From: Pseudogymnoascus verrucosus
Lineage: Eukaryota
Reading direction: 5' to 3' (one strand)
Length of the DNA stretch: 64,000 bases
NCBI GenBank assembly: GCA_001662655.1
Contig: KV460221.1
Shown here: positions 59,876-64,000 of the stretch, piece by piece
How the letters are laid out: each line of letters starts with the position of its first letter
Numbering within the stretch: the first letter of the stretch is position 1
Made by a program: the position numbers and the translations under genes
Notes under the pieces: generated by a model
Told to the model about the DNA's origin: nothing
The model's input: the letters and a program-made list of their open reading frames with translations, nothing else
Databases searched by the model: none

Positions 59876-61715
59876 ACGTATTTCACAAGCGAATGAACAA
59901 CCTAAGCGAGTGAACAACTAAAACACTAAAACGCGTTAACTAACTAATAGACTATAATGTCACTACTACAACGAGCTATACCCTCTATTTAAGAGGGTAA
60001 TATTGTTCTAGCTATTCAAGCAATTAAACAAGGGCATATTTAAAGTGTTTAGGCAGCTACAACAACATATGACGTACTATATTTAACTCTATATCGACGA
60101 TTTTGTGGCATGCCTTCGCAACGCGACTATACTCCTAACTTACGTAAGATGACTCTGTATGAAGAGTCAGCTCTCGTTTAGTATATCCTTAACCTTAATT
60201 TACGTGGATTTCCACCTTAGCTACAAGCTATATAAGAAATGGCCAACCTACTACTCTCTAAACGAGGCGAGAGCCCTATTAGGAAGAACTAGACTACTAA
60301 CTTCATTAAGCATCGTATAGAAATCAAAGCAAAGTTTAGTTAGAAGTACGATTATAAACGAGTAAAATGCAAAGATCCTAAGATAATTAAAGAGTAGTTC
60401 TCCCTTATACGAAATACAGTTGCAAAATATAGAATCTTAGAGTAGGATATCTACAACTTTAATGAAGTAGGTTTTATAATAGGAGTTATTGCTACTATAA
60501 AGGTAGTTATAAGCTTAGAAGCAAAGAGCTATCTAAAGACTATATAGCCTAGAAATAGAGAGTAGGTATTAATTATTTAAGGTGTTAATTTGTATAGATA
60601 GGCACTCTTGCTGTTTATTATTTTTAAAGCGTAGAATCACCTCTCTACTTCGTATAAGAACTTAGGATTACTAAACGATTAGGTAATTACACTAAGTGAG
60701 AATAGGTAGACTTTAAATTTAATTAGGTACGAGTAGATTTAGCACTTTAATTAGCATACAAATGCTTATATGATTAGCACCTATTACCTTCTTATTCTTA
60801 ACGGACATAAGAGCTACCTCTCTACTTAATTTTAACACTACTATATAGAATAGAAGATAATTACCCTCTATATGCTACTACACTCATTATACATTCTTTA
60901 GCCTCTTAATGTAAGCTGCTTTACGCTACTAAAGCTTTCGTATAGAAAGTAGATTAAAGCTTTTGTATAGAACTAGCTAAACTACATTATAAAGCTTGAG
61001 TTTCTCTCTACATTTAAAGAAGCATTTAAAGCTACATTTATAGAGCAGAACATTAAGAGTAGGTTCTAAGCTATAGGACTAGTTCCATATAAACTGTAGA
61101 ATGTTCTCTCTTACTTAAATCTACACTTAAGAACTCTAACTCCTCCTATAGTTAAGAGTAGCAATTAGACTTTAAAGACTCCTTAAACTATAAGGGAGCT
61201 TGATTTTTAAATAGAGCATATTAAGAACTATGTTGTACGACATTAGAATAGCTCTCCTAGCTTAATTAATGATGCACTAAGCTAGCTTATAAAGGGAGCT
61301 TAGGTTATGATGCATTCTGCTATTCTACTAAAGGTAGAAGTTAAGGCTCTATAAGCAGCAAATGAACAGAAAAAGAGGAGGGAAAGGAAGCGTAAGAGAC
61401 GTATAATGTAAGGGGGCAGTCTCTCCGTACGAGATGCAGAGGATATCCTTTAGACTGCTAAGGTTAATGCTTAAGTTCGTACGGAGGTAGTAAGTGAGAC
61501 TACTCGGCAGGTGGGTTCTATAGGCCGACAGCGGCGATGTGGCACATGTGGTAATATAGGGCATAATGCTCGTACGTGCGAGAGGCGCTAGGAATCAATT
61601 GCAATTGAATAAGGGTTATTATGTAGGGTGGTGGTGTAGTAGTAGGTAGTAATAGTCAATTTTAGTGTTTTAGTTGTTCACTCGCTTAGGTTGTTCATTC
61701 GCTTGTGAAATACGT
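59876..61715 (+). mobile_element. Fot1/Pogo-like DNA transposon copy B (1840 bp, uninterrupted, RIP-inactivated)
   Basis: 56 bp perfect TIRs with an internal 15 bp direct repeat (AAGCGA[A/G]TGAACAAC); TA flanks; degenerate transposase 'DIYNFNEVGFII', 'LLILNGHKS', 'HIL*PLNVSCF'; C-terminal 'RRCGTCGNIGHNARTC' zinc knuckle. Confidence 0.95.
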
Positions 61716-62810
61716 TATAGATTTTATAAATTAAAATAGAATGCTATAGCCTCTAGTACTTATTATATATATATTCTAGATTTAAATGAAACATTACTAC
61801 CTCTAGTACTTATTTTATAGATTAAAATGTAATGTTACATTACATAGTTATAGAAAGAGGGGTAAAGGCTAAGTATTATAAATACTTAGCTCTTGCCCCT
61901 ACTTTTATTTTTTGGCTTTCTTCCTTCCTTATCCTTCCTTATCCTCAGCTAACCCTTATCTAAAATTCCACAAAGCTGCTACACTGCTTTCTACCCAACC
62001 ATTTGTGTCAACCCTCTTGCACACCACCTTCTACACTACTTTTTACATAACTTTCTACTTCCACCTATATTTATACCAAGGCACCACAACTGCACCACTG
62101 CTCTAGAAGGTGAAGTGTATTCCTACCAACCTTGCTGCAGACAACCCCATAGGTAAGACAAGAGTCCATGCCTCACTTCTTGACCCTCAAGCCCTTGTAG
62201 CCTAGCCCTTTGGGGACTTTTGGTCTGCACTATAAATTGATCAAAAGCACATCACATGCTACTGGCTTCCGGACTCTCAGAGGCAACAACCTCACATCAT
62301 TTTGTATGTAGGTTGCAACACAACTGCAACCAATGGGCTATGGCTGACCCTCCGTGGGTTATCTGAGCGATTTCACTCTGTTTCGAAAATGAATTTCATT
62401 GGGTTCTACAGTTCAATCCACCTTCCAAGTCAACCTCGATATGGCTTGTAGGGATACCACGCAGGCTCATCTGTGTGCATCCCTTACACCAGCACTCGAC
62501 TTCACTTGTCTCTTTCAGTGCTCTGTTTTCAAGGCTTTTTTTATGAAGCACCAATCCACTTAGCGGCCAAATGCGAGCCCTCTGCTGTGTCGGTGCTTCG
62601 TCTCCCTTTGTTCAAGGCGTATTCTTTTCAACCCTGTTCACGTGCTCTTTGTCGGAGCACCTACTTCTTTCCTGGGATGAAGATCTTACATTTAAGATTA
62701 TCGGTCATAAATAACAGCGACTCTTGCTTATTCTCCTGCAATACAATGGCTAACTTGGATGAGCAGGTCAGTCTTGGGACAGAAGGCACAACTGTGCCCA
62801 AAGGCCAACC

Positions 62811-64000
62811 ATGCCGCCACAAAGACCCCTAAGCTCATCTAATCCGTCATCTTCCTTGATGGTCTCTCAAGATGACTACGTCCCGCCAGTCAAATATGAC
62901 CCAAGCGTCCGTGTCAAAGCAGAGAGGGTAGAGAGCCCCACTGCCGTTGGCGATAATGATGATGATGATTTCGAAGATGTCGACGATGAGGCAGAAGGGC
63001 TTCTTGCCGATGCTGATGGAGTCCCTATGTACTCTGATGCCGACTTCAAGATACGCCAAGTCGCATCCCCATTTATCGTTCAGCGTACACTCGTGAGTCT
63101 ATATAGTATGTCCCTTGCCATATCCATACTCCATGTAATACTGACACGTAAGCAGACTTGAGCAAGACGAAATACCTGAAGCTGGACCCTGAGTATCAGC
63201 GAGATGTGGTCTGGGATGAGACGAGGTCGTCAGGCCTAATTGCCTCTGTCCTGCAAGGCTACTTCATTCCCCCCATAATCTTCAACGTGCTTGAAGAATG
63301 GGAGACGTCGGATAACGGCGAAGAAGTAATGCGACATTGCCGGATTTGTGTTGATGGAAAGCAACGTCTCACGTCACTTCAGAAATTCATGGAGGGCAAA
63401 ATCGGGGTGTCTGACTCGTCGCATCCACCGAAGAAGTGGTATTTCTGCCACCCAAAGGTCGGCGGTGTTGAAAAGCAATCAAACCACAATATCCTGCCGC
63501 TGAATACAAAGAAGTTTTTCGAGTCACGAATGTTCTGCTGCTATGAATACCAGAAACTGACGCCTTCTGTTGAAGAGACGATGTTCCAGCTCGTCCAACG
63601 CGGGATGCCACTTACCCCAGCTGAAAAGATGCGTGCCATGTCGACACCATGGGCAAATTTCGCAAAGCAGTATGAGAGCGATTACCCAGCCGTCCTATCT
63701 CTAGGTAGACAGAGTAGGGCCTCGGGCTTCCGTCAGATCATGTCAATATTCTGCCAGATCATGGAAGTCATGTCTCCAAGCGGCGACAAGAAAAAGAACA
63801 GAGAAGGAGCAGGATGGAAGCCAACTTACCAAGCCACCCCATCAAACCTTACAAAGCTTCTTATGGATACGCCATCCCTAAACGAAAGCGTGAAGAGAAA
63901 GTTCAAGAGGGTTTTCGACAAATATGCCGAGCTCATCGCATCGTGCTCAGAGCCAGATAAGGGTTCTCCCACCGGACTCGCGATCAAGAAGGACAGTTGC
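62811..64000 (+). CDS. DUF262-domain (ParB-like / GmrSD N-terminal) protein; 3' end outside window
   Basis: After intron 63106-63155 the frame stays open to the window end: 'LDPEYQRDVVW', 'IPPIIF', 'CVDGKQRLTS', 'MFQLVQRGMPLTPAEK'. It is missing from the ORF track because no stop is reached. Start uncertain. Confidence 0.85.

Noticed and set aside
48940..61564. Short ORFs in the TE island (49025, 52085, 56252, 56439, 61349)
   Set aside because: Chance open stretches in RIP-mutated transposon sequence, mostly antisense or within LTRs.
61900..62340. Possible degraded gene right of the island
   Set aside because: No frame on either strand gave a recognisable motif even allowing for RIP reversion.
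1..64000. CRISPR arrays, rRNA genes, telomeric arrays, Starship captain recombinase
   Set aside because: None seen: no regularly spaced repeats, rRNA-like sequence, TTAGGG arrays or tyrosine-recombinase ORF.

Overview
Intron-containing filamentous ascomycete (Pezizomycotina) DNA; the species cannot be determined from the sequence. Bases 1-48.2 kb are gene-dense. They hold a fungal transcription-factor C-terminus, an SDR, POP1, an enoyl reductase, BNA6/QPRTase, an AzgA purine permease, a tetraspanin, dienelactone hydrolase, an HSL esterase, a GH5 endoglucanase, a dioxygenase-P450 (Ppo-like) fusion, a DUF2235 hydrolase, a GH16-like protein, a Roadblock/LC7 protein and IPI1. Three genes look decayed: MYND-DUF4470, an HNH-like/phosphotransferase fusion and a D-Ala-D-Ala-ligase-like gene. 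Bases 48.9-61.7 kb are a RIP-mutated transposon island whose nesting can be resolved by hand. Two inverted Fot1/Pogo DNA transposons sit head to head; the first carries a complete chromodomain Ty3/Gypsy element, which itself carries two solo LTRs of another family. The most striking observation lies between pol and the 3' LTR of the Gypsy element: an antisense, multi-intron accessory gene whose de-RIPed product has a six-cysteine Zn2Cys6-like motif and a basic NLS. The window ends inside a DUF262 (ParB/GmrSD-like) gene. All alignments, intron calls and counts were made by eye and need computational confirmation.
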